Source: an uncultured Verrucomicrobiae bacterium (GTDB taxonomy: Bacteria; Verrucomicrobiota; Verrucomicrobiia; Chthoniobacterales; UBA10450). From it: a stretch of DNA of 64,000 nt. Location of the stretch: contig CAWFGO010000001.1 in assembly GCA_963815455.1 (NCBI GenBank), positions 1,536,001-1,600,000 on the forward strand, read 5' to 3'. The position numbers and the translations under genes are program-made. Positions 39,387 to 49,325 of the stretch are shown here, in pieces. Within the stretch, counting starts at the first letter, position 1. Each line of letters opens with the position of its first letter. Below the pieces are notes generated by a model. That model saw only the letters and a list, made by a program, of their open reading frames with translations. It searched no databases and was not told the DNA's origin.

Positions 39387-40874
39387 CTATTTCTGAACAC
39401 CGCCATTATGACACTCGCTGCAGGAAAACTCGGAATATTCCGAATCGATGTGGATGAAATCGTGTCCCTTGGCATTTATCTGGGTGAAAGCTTCCCCGCT
39501 TCCTTGCGCAAGAATGAGGTGGCAGGATCTGCAATCGCTCGCCTTGATTGACGTCTTTCCGTCAGCCGCGACGTGTTTTCCGTCGTGGCATCGGAAACAT
39601 CCGTTCCAATTCTTGTGACCAACGAAATCGGGATGTGTCCGCCAATCGGCCTTTACTTCGGGAAAGAAATTCGCGCGATAGATTTTCTGAGCCTCGCTGA
39701 TGATCGGCCCGGCCTGGGCTGGGTTGGGATAGGCTTCGCGCAATGACTTGGCGATGCCGTGCTCGGCCTCCGCCTGGGTGTTGTAGGGCTGCACCAACGC
39801 CGCCACCACTTTGGCTTTGATCCAGGGAATACTGGAATCTAGCTGGCTGGTCATTAAAGCGAGATCGACAGCGTCGTTTGGGGTGCGGATTTTGTGGGCC
39901 GGGCGGCTGTGACAATCCATGCAATCCATTCGGCGAATGCGATGATTGGCCGGATCATCCTTGAATTCCGGCGTGCGATATTCTGTGACCTCGCCCCGCG
40001 GATTCGTCAGTCTCACCCAGGCAATGTTCAGAAGCTGATCGTCGGTCGCGATGTACTCGATTTTGTTGGCGATATTCATATGCCAGTGAATGCCGCCCTC
40101 CGGACCATTAGCTGGATCGCCTCCGCCGACATTCAGTAATAGGCGCACGGCGAATGGCGTATTTTTTTCGTCCGAAAGGAAATGCTGGTAGGTGCGCTCG
40201 ACGTTGCCGACATACTTGCTCGGCCAATGGCATTGCTCGCAAATTGCCTGAGCCGGGCGTGGATTGGCCGCGGTGACGCGGATGGGGCGATCAAAATCGT
40301 TTGCCACCGTGTGATAGAGCTGTTTCACACCGTTGATTTTTGTTTTGAAGTAGGCGGCCGCGCCCGGACCGACGTGGCAGGCCACACATTCAACCCTGGC
40401 GTGGGCGGTATGCTGCGAAGTAACGAACTCCGGCTCCATGGGAACATGGCAGCTCTTGCCACAGAATTGGACCGACTCGGTGTATTGGTAGGTCTGGTAA
40501 CTGCCCAGAGCCGTGACAAACAACAGGGCGACAGCGCCGGCCACGAAAACCCCGAGAATCTTGCGGTCGCGCGGCCGGGATAGATCGATGTTGATTACGA
40601 GGGCCCGGGCGCCCCGCGCTTCCCGGCGTTCGCTCCGCCGTTGGAAGAGAACGCCAACCAGGGTAAGGATAATCCCCAGGAGGAAAAAACCCGGCACTAC
40701 CAGATAGGCCAGGATCCCGACATAGGGATTGCGATGGCCGGCAAACTGGTCGATCGCGAAAAGAAGAAGAAACGAGAAAAGGGCGCTCGCCGAAAGCAGG
40801 AGACCGGTCCAGCTAATCCAGTTGCGAAACTGGCGCTTTAGAGACCGGGGTGGCGCGGAAGCATCAGGCATCAC
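39387..40874 (-). CDS. NapC/NirT-family inner-membrane multiheme cytochrome (ImcH-like architecture)
   Basis: Three N-terminal TMs with NPYVGIL, CGKSCH plus six CxxCH, and GIHWH. Confidence 0.85.
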   Translation of the reverse strand: MMPDASAPPRSLKRQFRNWISWTGLLLSASALFSFLLLFAIDQFAGHRNPYVGILAYLVVPGFFLLGIILTLVGVLFQRRSERREARGARALVINIDLSRPRDRKILGVFVAGAVALLFVTALGSYQTYQYTESVQFCGKSCHVPMEPEFVTSQHTAHARVECVACHVGPGAAAYFKTKINGVKQLYHTVANDFDRPIRVTAANPRPAQAICEQCHWPSKYVGNVERTYQHFLSDEKNTPFAVRLLLNVGGGDPANGPEGGIHWHMNIANKIEYIATDDQLLNIAWVRLTNPRGEVTEYRTPEFKDDPANHRIRRMDCMDCHSRPAHKIRTPNDAVDLALMTSQLDSSIPWIKAKVVAALVQPYNTQAEAEHGIAKSLREAYPNPAQAGPIISEAQKIYRANFFPEVKADWRTHPDFVGHKNWNGCFRCHDGKHVAADGKTSIKASDCRSCHLILAQGSGEAFTQINAKGHDFIHIDSEYSEFSCSECHNGGVQK

Positions 40875-41006
40875 TCAATTATCTGCGGAATTGTTTCGGA
40901 AATAATCTCACACCCCTGCCTCTCGATCTTGCAATCAAGATCGACAATTTTATCTGCGGCGATCGGTTCGCCCACCGATCAATTTTCCCCCACCGAGTTT
41001 CGCCGG

Positions 41007-41336
41007 CTACTTCTTAAAAGAACGGATATGAGCAACCAGCGCCTTGATGTCGGCATCGGAAAGCTTCGCGCCGAACGGTTTCATCTTCTCCTTGCCGCCT
41101 TCCTTCACCCCGTCCTTGATCGCGCTGGTCATCTCGGCATCGCTAAACGCCGCCTGGACCTTGGCATCGCGGTAATCTTTTACCGCCAACTTCTTGCCCA
41201 TCATCGTGCTCCCGCTGCCATCTTTCCCGTGGCAGGAGGCGCAATGCTGGTTCCAATTCGCGCCGGCGTCCGCGGCAAAGGCAGCGGCGGCTGAGGCGAT
41301 CATTGCTGTCATTAAGAGGCATATTTTTCGTTTCAT
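41007..41336 (-). CDS. Periplasmic monoheme class I cytochrome c
   Basis: Signal peptide, CASCHGKDG and MKPFG..LSD..IKALV. Confidence 0.92.
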   Translation of the reverse strand: MKRKICLLMTAMIASAAAAFAADAGANWNQHCASCHGKDGSGSTMMGKKLAVKDYRDAKVQAAFSDAEMTSAIKDGVKEGGKEKMKPFGAKLSDADIKALVAHIRSFKK

Positions 41337-41374
41337 AAGATTCGGTCCTTCAAAGCAAAATTGGAGCTGATTGC

Positions 41375-41704
41375 CTATTTCTTCAACGTACGAACGTAAG
41401 CCACGAGCGCTTTGATCTCGTCATCGGTTAATTTCCCGCCGAAGGCTTTCATCGTCATCTTGCCGTTTTGCTTGACGCCCTCCTTAATCGATTGCGTGGC
41501 CTTGGCATCGGTGAATTCGGCCTGGACCTTGGGATCGGTCAGATCCTTTGCGTTCAATATTTTGCCCATTTTCGTGTCGGCGTGCCCATCTTTCCCGTGG
41601 CATTGCACGCAGTTTGCATCCCAGTTGGCTTTCGCGTCCGCCGCGCGAGCGGAAATTGCCGGGACACAGCATATGGCGATTACGAGGGCGACGATTGTTT
41701 TCAT
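41375..41704 (-). CDS. Periplasmic monoheme class I cytochrome c (tandem paralog)
   Basis: Signal peptide, CVQCHGKDG and MKAFG..LTD..IKALV. Confidence 0.92.
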   Translation of the reverse strand: MKTIVALVIAICCVPAISARAADAKANWDANCVQCHGKDGHADTKMGKILNAKDLTDPKVQAEFTDAKATQSIKEGVKQNGKMTMKAFGGKLTDDEIKALVAYVRTLKK

Positions 41705-41732
41705 TTGATGATCCTTCATTAGTTAGGCGAGT

Positions 41733-44096
41733 TCAGAATCGGAATTGCAGGCCGGAGTAAACCGAATGTGCTTCGTAGTTGTTGTGTCCGCCCGAAAGCT
41801 GATCGGTGTAATGGAAGTAGCCGTATTTGAGCAACAGGCGCATGTTCTTCGTTATCTGGCGAGTGACGCTGGCGGCGACGGTGTGCTCGGTCGCGCCCAA
41901 ACTGTAGGGCAGCGCCTCTCGCACATTCTGGACGTAGTCATTGGCCCGATAAAACGAATATTCGGCGTACAAATCGGTTTTGTCGTCGAGTATGAAGCCG
42001 GCCCCACCGGTCACAGTCCAATAATCGTTCCTAAAGTCCACGAGCGTGGGGTTATTATATTGAGTCGTGCCGGTATAAATCAGGTCAATCTTGCCGGCTG
42101 GCGTCTCCGTTTGGCTCAAAACGTATGAACCGGTGGCTTGCAGATAAAGACGAGCCAGTGGATTCCAGGTAATGCTTTCGCTAATCACGTGATTGGTAAC
42201 GACCGCTGTTCGTCCCTCGTCAAAAATGGTGCCGGTCGAATTAACCGGCGGAGTCGGCGCCGGCGTTGGAGAAGGTCCGGCTGGTGATATCGACCATTTG
42301 GCCGATACAGCCGATTGCATGAAATCATAGCGCGTGACAAACGAGATGGTGCCGAGCGCGGGGGGAAGTTTCGGGCGGAACGTAACACGAACATTCGCGT
42401 CGTTGGTGTCCCAGTCCTGGCCGAGGAGGCGCTGGTTTCGTTCCGAGGCAAGAACCCGCGGGAAATCCGAGGACGTAGCCAGCTCGGAGTGAAAAACATT
42501 ATCGTAATCGGCGATCTTATAATCGTACTGGGCCGAGAGGGCTAGCTTATCCGCCGGATACCAGTTCACGCCCGCCGTGTACTTTTGCATGAGCAGGCAG
42601 GTATCCTTGCGCAACTGCCCCTGATCCGCCGGCACCGGGACGCCATTCACAAGGGTCCCGGACACCTCGTGCTCGCGCACGTTGCCGTATTCCTCTTCCC
42701 AATCGCCCTCGAGGTAAAACAACCAGTTGGAAATGCCGGAGTAACGCAGCTCCAGTCTCTGGGCAAATTGATCCGAATTCACGGAGGTGTCGGCGGATTT
42801 TGGAATAGGCGCCGTGTAATGTGTCGGGGGCGGTGAAGTGGCGGTGTTAACGTCGAGAAAGACGGAGGCGCTATCGATCTCCTCGCGGGTGTAACGAAAA
42901 CCGGCGATGGCGTGCAGATCTTTCAGCGGAATCCAAAAAAGATTGGAATTAAACACGTGCTCGTCGCTCTGTGACATGCCGGCCAGGTTCAGAATGGCAT
43001 GGTCGTTAGATTGAAGAGTGGGGAAGGTGTTCATGAAGCTCGAATCATAATCGGGGCCGGTGATTCGCGAGCCGGAGATATCGCTATTGAGGGCAGAGTA
43101 TGAATAACCGCTGGTAAACCAGAAATTGTCGGTAAATCGCGTCTCAGTCAGGATATGCCCGCTGAAATTATCGAGATCGTTCTTGTCCCGCTGGGTGATG
43201 AAACGTTGCGCGCCCGGCGGCGCGACAAAGGGAGGAAGCTGGCCGGCGCCACGCTCCAATTGGAGGCGATTGTCGATGTTGCTCCATTCCGCCCGCATTC
43301 CGATGCCAATATCCGTCTTGCCGAAGTTCTTTAGGGCGTCGAACGAGAGAATATCGCGCGTCTCATCAATGTCGCGGAAAGCCGGCGCGATTTTGCGCGC
43401 GGAGTTCACTGCAAGACCGGTCAAAGTCGAATCACCCCAGATCGTGGAATCCTTTCGGCCATCGCGAAATTGATGCGAATAGTGGATTGTGATTTCGGGC
43501 CAATTAGGCGCTCGCAGGCCGAGCTCGACCCAAGCCTCGCCGCGATCGAGTGACAGCTCTTGGTTGGGCGGCGGGAAAAAGGTGCCGGGGCCGTGTGGGA
43601 CAAAGCCGCCGTTGCCATCGTACCAACTGCGAAATTCCGTGTAGCCACCGCGGATATAACCGAGGCCGGGCTGAGACAACTCGACCTTCACATCGTAATC
43701 GTCGTTGTCGAAAATGGCGTGGCCATCGACGGATAATGTCGCTTTTCCGATGGATTGCTCCCAATGCATGTCCTCGATGCCCCCAAAGACATCACCCGAC
43801 ATCCGATGCTCCTGCTTAAACTGCGCGGCATCGCCGTTGATGATTAGGCCGCCGATGCCCAGGGTGACCCAGTTCTTGTATTCCGGCGCTTCTTCTTCCG
43901 TTGCCGCGCTCTCGGTGGCTTTTCCATCTTTCCCATCGCTGACGGTCGATTTCCCGTCGCCGGGCGTTGCGTCGCCGTCGGCTGTTGTGCCGGCAGGGAG
44001 CGGCGAACTAATCAGCACTGCGACACAAATGCCGAGAATGGAAATGCCTGCGAAGCGCCGGACACTCGCTCCGAAACAAACGATGGTTCTGATCAT
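41733..44096 (-). CDS. MtrB/PioB-like outer-membrane beta-barrel porin
   Basis: 787 aa with signal peptide, alternating amphipathic strands and C-terminal GLQFRF; directly downstream of the MtrA-like gene. Confidence 0.78.
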   Translation of the reverse strand: MIRTIVCFGASVRRFAGISILGICVAVLISSPLPAGTTADGDATPGDGKSTVSDGKDGKATESAATEEEAPEYKNWVTLGIGGLIINGDAAQFKQEHRMSGDVFGGIEDMHWEQSIGKATLSVDGHAIFDNDDYDVKVELSQPGLGYIRGGYTEFRSWYDGNGGFVPHGPGTFFPPPNQELSLDRGEAWVELGLRAPNWPEITIHYSHQFRDGRKDSTIWGDSTLTGLAVNSARKIAPAFRDIDETRDILSFDALKNFGKTDIGIGMRAEWSNIDNRLQLERGAGQLPPFVAPPGAQRFITQRDKNDLDNFSGHILTETRFTDNFWFTSGYSYSALNSDISGSRITGPDYDSSFMNTFPTLQSNDHAILNLAGMSQSDEHVFNSNLFWIPLKDLHAIAGFRYTREEIDSASVFLDVNTATSPPPTHYTAPIPKSADTSVNSDQFAQRLELRYSGISNWLFYLEGDWEEEYGNVREHEVSGTLVNGVPVPADQGQLRKDTCLLMQKYTAGVNWYPADKLALSAQYDYKIADYDNVFHSELATSSDFPRVLASERNQRLLGQDWDTNDANVRVTFRPKLPPALGTISFVTRYDFMQSAVSAKWSISPAGPSPTPAPTPPVNSTGTIFDEGRTAVVTNHVISESITWNPLARLYLQATGSYVLSQTETPAGKIDLIYTGTTQYNNPTLVDFRNDYWTVTGGAGFILDDKTDLYAEYSFYRANDYVQNVREALPYSLGATEHTVAASVTRQITKNMRLLLKYGYFHYTDQLSGGHNNYEAHSVYSGLQFRF

Positions 44097-44106
44097 AAGA
44101 GCGCGA

Positions 44107-44946
44107 CTAGTACCTGAAATGCCCGTTAACCTGGGAACCGTGAATAGCTTCGTGGCACCCGGCCGACCAACATGTTCCCTGCGGTAGCCGTGTGGTGTGA
44201 TCTGAGTCCCCGATATAGATTCTTCCGTCCCTCTTTTGCTGCTGGAAATGGCACTTCAAACAAAGCACCGCGCTTCGTTCGGTTAACAGGCGCTGGTTCA
44301 CCGATCCGTGCGGCGAGTGACAGGAGACGCAGCCTTCGCGGGTCGCTTCGTGTTCGAAGACAAACGGGCCTCTTTGGGCGGTGTGGCACTGGAAGCAAGT
44401 CTCGTTTTCGCCCAGGAAAGCCATGCCGCCGCCCTTGATCGATTGGGCGAGACTCGTCCCGCCGCCTTTGATCGCCGATCCTTTATGCGGATTATGACAA
44501 TCGACACAGCCCATTTTTCCTTCCAACACCGGATGGTGGTGGGGCAGCATGAACTTCGCCCGAACCTCAAGGTGACATTGGAAACAGGTGTCGGGTGAAC
44601 GTTTCGGGTTAACGATCGATCCCCTGCCGCCGCCGGCTTTGACGTGCAAACTCCCGGGACCGTGGCAAGACTCGCAGCCCATCTCCTTCGCGTTCTCTCC
44701 CTTTGCCGTCAGTCGCGCATGCGTCGCGGTCCTGAAATCGCGGGTGATTTCGCCGTGACAGGCGTCACATGCATCCGAGCCGACAAATTCCGCCCCCGGG
44801 ATACTCGGAGGCGCCAGAATCGCGCGATTCGTTTCGAACGTGCTGCAGGAAAGCAAAATTACGGTGAGCCCGACTGTGCCCCCGGTTGCCCACAACAGTT
44901 TCTCGCGCTTACCATGCAGCCACCGAGTTAGCCTCGAGTACGACAC
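44107..44946 (-). CDS. MtrA/DmsE-family multiheme cytochrome c lipoprotein (7 CxxCH + 1 CX4CH)
   Basis: LLSC lipobox, GCESCHGPGS.H, RGPFVFEHE, CVSCHSPHGS and terminal CWSAGCHEAIHGS. Start uncertain (44946-44985). Confidence 0.85.
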   Translation of the reverse strand: MSYSRLTRWLHGKREKLLWATGGTVGLTVILLSCSTFETNRAILAPPSIPGAEFVGSDACDACHGEITRDFRTATHARLTAKGENAKEMGCESCHGPGSLHVKAGGGRGSIVNPKRSPDTCFQCHLEVRAKFMLPHHHPVLEGKMGCVDCHNPHKGSAIKGGGTSLAQSIKGGGMAFLGENETCFQCHTAQRGPFVFEHEATREGCVSCHSPHGSVNQRLLTERSAVLCLKCHFQQQKRDGRIYIGDSDHTTRLPQGTCWSAGCHEAIHGSQVNGHFRY

Positions 44947-45245
44947 GTTGCCGAATCTTTTACCGGAAAGGCAAAAACCTGGCAATGTATTTTTTTGGAA
45001 AAAATACGGCCAGGAAATGAGCCACCTGCGAGTAGAGCCCTTTCCTGAAAAACATCGCCCGGCCCCCGCGGCGCTTTCGAGGCTTCGGCCGGGCTTGGCG
45101 CGCTGACGGAAGCAGGCACTTCGAACCCGGGCAAGTTTTGGCTCGTAATAGCCAATCCGCGCTTAGCGGAGTGAGCGCGTTGGGTTCCCTATTAAGACAT
45201 GGGAATTAGGCAAACTAAAACCAACCAACAAAGAAAGAACCGAAT

Positions 45246-46427
45246 ATGAAAGAGTTATCCTGTCAGCGAACAGCAATCACAAATCTCCTCTGCGGCCGGC
45301 ATCGATGGATAGCCGGCTTGTTTTCAATTGGCCTGATGGCGTTCCTGGCCATCGGGGTATCAACGGCCCAGGCCCAAAGCTATAGCGTCACGAATCTGGG
45401 AGTTGTCAAAGGCATGACGGCGAGCGAGCCCGCCGCGATCAACAACCAGGCCCAAGTGGCGGGCACATCCACTGCAGGCGAGCACGGATGCGCCTTCCTC
45501 TATTATAACAACACGATGAAAGATGTCGGCGGCATTGGCAGCCGCGGAATCGGGATTAGCCCCCTCGGTGTTGTTGTGGGGGATGCCTGGCTTTCCGGCC
45601 AGCCCGGACCCGGATTATTCAGTCACGCCGCCCTTTTTAGGCGCGTTGCACTGGATCTGGGGGTTTTGGAAGGTCAACTGTTCAGCCGAGCAAATGGCAT
45701 TAATGCCAACGGGCAGGTGGTCGGATTCTCCGGCCCACAGCGCGATGGCGAGAACAGCCGGGCCTTCATCTGGACCCAAAAATCCGGGATGATCGACATC
45801 GGCACACTTGGCGGAGCATACGCACAGGCCTATGCGATCAATGACGCCGGGTTTGTGACGGGCACTTCCGGTCTCAACGACATGAGTGCGCTTGCGGCGA
45901 CGCATGCGTTCATCTACCAGCCCCTCTCATCAGGGGAACAATACACCGAACCGATGCGCGACTTGGGCACGTTGGGAGGGCTCTCGAGCTGCGGGATGTC
46001 CATCAACGCCGCCAACCACGTCGTGGGTTATTCCACAACCGATAAATCCGACGATAGCGTCCATGCCTTCTTCTATGATGGCCAGAAGATGCTCGACCTC
46101 GGATCGCTCGGCAGCGTGTTGGGAAGCGACTACAGCGTGGCCTTGGGGATCAACAATTCCAACGACGTCGTCGGCTACAGTTATGTCCTCCTGGGCGGTA
46201 GTAAAGACGCCATTCAGCAAGTCGCATTCGTCTGGATTCGAGACGCCAAGGGCAAACGGATGATGGACCTGAATAAGTTGATTGGCCCAGCGGGAAGGAA
46301 CTACTTCCTTTTTTCCGCAACGGCGATCAACGACGGCGGACAGATCACCGCCTGCGCCTACGACTATGACAGCAACAGCGTTCACGCTGTTCTGCTAACG
46401 CCGATTGCGCCGGCGGCGGTGCGATAG
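45246..46427 (+). CDS. Secreted HAF-repeat (beta-propeller) protein
   Basis: Signal peptide (TAQAQ) and repeated A.xIN..GQVVG.S...HAF...M.DLGTLGG units. Confidence 0.88.
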   Translation: MKELSCQRTAITNLLCGRHRWIAGLFSIGLMAFLAIGVSTAQAQSYSVTNLGVVKGMTASEPAAINNQAQVAGTSTAGEHGCAFLYYNNTMKDVGGIGSRGIGISPLGVVVGDAWLSGQPGPGLFSHAALFRRVALDLGVLEGQLFSRANGINANGQVVGFSGPQRDGENSRAFIWTQKSGMIDIGTLGGAYAQAYAINDAGFVTGTSGLNDMSALAATHAFIYQPLSSGEQYTEPMRDLGTLGGLSSCGMSINAANHVVGYSTTDKSDDSVHAFFYDGQKMLDLGSLGSVLGSDYSVALGINNSNDVVGYSYVLLGGSKDAIQQVAFVWIRDAKGKRMMDLNKLIGPAGRNYFLFSATAINDGGQITACAYDYDSNSVHAVLLTPIAPAAVR

Positions 46428-46629
46428 TGAGACATGACCAATCATGCTAAGTGACGGAAATGGAAACGAAGATAGACAGCGTCTCTCGAAACTCCGGGAG
46501 ACGCTCCGCGGCAAGCCCTTGGGGCCAGCAAGTTTTGCAAAGGAAAAGGCAAGAGACGCGGAGCTATTCAAGGCGCGCCCGCTAGACTTTAACTACGATA
46601 GAAACCCAAAACCCTGGAGGAATAAGACG

Positions 46630-46719
46630 ATGGAATATTTAATCCTGGCCGCAGTTGGATCAATGATGGCGCTCTACGCGCTGATCATCATCGGCTGTCT
46701 AAGACAGCCCGAATGGTAA
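46630..46719 (+). CDS. Candidate 29-aa membrane microprotein
   Basis: GGAGG RBS; MEYLILAAVGSMMALYALIIIGCLRQPEW*. Confidence 0.55.
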   Translation: MEYLILAAVGSMMALYALIIIGCLRQPEW

Positions 46720-46745
46720 TACGAACGCAAAAGGAGGTGATTGAA

Positions 46746-47072
46746 ATGAACACATTATCGATGCCGCTCCGCCGGGAGACGGCGGATGCACAAAATGCAA
46801 TCGCGGCCATGCTGACGATCGTGCCGGGACTTGGCCATATCTACAAAGGCCATCTCGCGGCCGGCTTTGTCTGGATGTTTCTTGGAATGCCGCTCGCCAT
46901 CTGGATCGGGATCCTGCTTGGCCTGGCCACAGCGGGAGTTGGCCTGGTCTTCCCGATTCTATGCTGGGTCGCACTGGGGTTTGACGCCTACAACGAGAAA
47001 AACCGGCGCCATCATCATTTGCTGCCACCCACATTGTGCTCGTCGTCGGAGGACGACGAGATGCAGGATTAA
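46746..47072 (+). CDS. Small membrane protein (PGLGHIY motif)
   Basis: AAGGAGGTGA RBS; AAMLTIVPGLGHIYKG...; His tract near the C-terminus. Confidence 0.75.
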   Translation: MNTLSMPLRRETADAQNAIAAMLTIVPGLGHIYKGHLAAGFVWMFLGMPLAIWIGILLGLATAGVGLVFPILCWVALGFDAYNEKNRRHHHLLPPTLCSSSEDDEMQD

Positions 47073-47245
47073 CTCCGCAAAAGCATGAAAACCAACTCGA
47101 TAGCGGCAACCCGAACAAAAGGGGAAGCGGCCTCGCTCGCGAATCCAATCGGAGTTCGCTTCCCCGGGGAAATGGAGCCGTTGCCCCTGCCGCCTTAATT
47201 CGTTCAAACAAGTCCCGCTCTGTCTCGGATTCCTTTCCGCCGACC

Positions 47246-48945
47246 ATGCCGCTGGGCCAGTTTCTCTTCGAATATCTTTATCGCCGGGGCGTTCGCCATA
47301 GCTTTGGCATTCCGGGCGACTTTGCCTTGCCCACGTTTGCCTGGCTCGAGAAATCGAAAATTCAAAGCATCACCATGACGCACGAGCCCTCCGCCGGTTT
47401 TGCTGCCGACGCTTATTCCCGCATCAACGGGATCGGTCTGGTTTGCGTTACCTATTGCGTGGGCGGACTCAATGTTCTGAATGCGATTGCCGGCGCTTAT
47501 GCGGAGAAATCGCCGGTGGTGGTGGTGAGCGGCGCACCTGGCCGCAAGGATCGGGAAAAAGATCCGCTTCTCCATCACAAGGTAAAAACTTTCGAAACTC
47601 AGCGCCGTATTTACGACGAAGTCACCGTCGCGAGCACGGTCCTGCTTGATGAACAACGGGCAGCGTCCGAGATCGTCCGTTGCGTCGAAGCCTGTCTGCG
47701 GCACAAGCGTCCGGTGTATATCGAAGTGCCGCACGATATGGTCGACCGGGAAATTCCGGTGAACGGGATTTCTGGCGGCGTTTCTGAAAAATCCGACCCG
47801 CACACACTGGCCGCTGCGTTGGAAGAGACTCTCTCGCTTATCCGCGCGGCCAGAAAGCCGGTCATCCTGGCCGGCGTCGAGCTGGCCCGTTATCGGACTG
47901 CCGGTCTGGTCTTGCGGATGGCGGAGCGGATGAATATTCCGATTGCGGCCGATCTCTTGAGCAAGAGCGCGGTTCCCGAAGATCATCGCCTTTATCTTGG
48001 CGTTTACGGCGGCGCGATGAGCAGCGACGAACACGTTCGGCAAATACGTCGAATCCGCCGATCTCGTCCTGATGCTGGGCACTTTTATCACTGACATGAG
48101 CATGGGATTTTACACGGCCAAGCTGGATCGACGATCGAACCGTGCTCGCGACGACCGAACGCGTATGCGTTCAATATCATCGCTACGAGTCGATCCAGTT
48201 CCGCGATTTCCTGGAGTCGCTCGCCGCCGCGAAGATCGGGCTCAAAGATTTTGAACATCCTAATCCGCACGCGGTGCCCGTGCCGCTGAAGAAGGCCGAG
48301 CGCGCCGACGCGCTGAAGATGGTCGATGTCTTTCGCATCCTTTCGTTGCACCTCGACGAGCGCTGTTGCGTCGTCGCCGATATCGGCGACGCGATTTTCG
48401 GCGCAGTGGGAATTCGCAGCGCCAGCCAGGCGCAGTTCATCGCTCCCGCTTATTACATGTCGATGGGATTCGCTGTCCCCGCAGGCATCGGCGTCGCCCT
48501 GGCCAGCAAACGGCTTCGCCCGTATGTCCTGGTCGGCGACGGCGCATTCCAAATGACCGGCGCCGAAATTTCGACCGCGGTTCGGCTCGGTCTCAATCCG
48601 ATCATCATCATTCTCAACAATGACGGCTACGGCACGATGCGCCGGATTCGTGAGGGATCTTTCAACATCATCACTCAATGGAATTACGCCAAAATCTGTG
48701 AGCTGGTGGGAGGAGGCAAAAGCGCGATTGCGACCACGAAGGGCGAGTTTGATGCCGCCCTCCGGCGCGCCCAAAAATCCAACTGCGCTTACGTGATCGA
48801 GCTTAAAATTCCCCGAAACGAAGTCAGCAGCCAGCTCGCCCGAATTGCCGACGAAGTCCGCAAAAGGCGTGGCGGCAACAAATCGTACTGGGAACTCATG
48901 AACAATCTTCTTGGTATGGTTTTGCGCTTCTTTCCAGTGTGTTAA
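47246..48945 (+). CDS. TPP-dependent alpha-keto acid decarboxylase (pyruvate/indolepyruvate decarboxylase family); frameshifts near 48040 and 48135
   Basis: FGIPGDFAL, AGFAADAYSR, GAYAEKSP, LLHH, YMSMGFAVP and TPP motif VGDGAFQMTG...LNNDGYG. Confidence 0.88.
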
Positions 48946-48968
48946 GGGGAAATGGGACCAGACCCGAG

Positions 48969-49325
48969 ATGGGGAAAATAGGATCGACATCGATATCAGT
49001 ATTGGTTGCCCTGGCATTGGGGATCGCGGTCACGCCGCTTTCGACGCGAGGATGCGTTTTTTCCAGTGTCGGCGCCGAGAAGGCCTGCGCGCGGAGTTGT
49101 TGCCGGACGAAGGGATGCTGCGCGAAACCGGCCAAGGAGCGAGTTCCTTTGGCACAACCCCTCTCGACCGGCACGGGTGGTCCGGAGCTTTCACTTAACG
49201 GTTCGCCAAATACCAGGTTAATCATCCATGATTTCCGATCCATCAGTCGGTGGCCCACCAGGGCAACAGGCGCGCCCGCCAATTCTCGGCTCAAGCGCGC
49301 TTTTCTCTGCACGTTTCTGATCTGA
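48969..49325 (+). CDS. Cys-rich exported hypothetical protein ahead of cus genes
   Basis: Hydrophobic N-terminus, CARSCC..KGCC, ends LCTFLI. Confidence 0.55.
   Translation: MGKIGSTSISVLVALALGIAVTPLSTRGCVFSSVGAEKACARSCCRTKGCCAKPAKERVPLAQPLSTGTGGPELSLNGSPNTRLIIHDFRSISRWPTRATGAPANSRLKRAFLCTFLI

Noticed and set aside
47085..47245. Hairpin GGGGAAGCG/CGCTTCCCC ahead of the TPP enzyme as a TPP riboswitch
   Set aside because: Conserved TPP aptamer sequences are absent.
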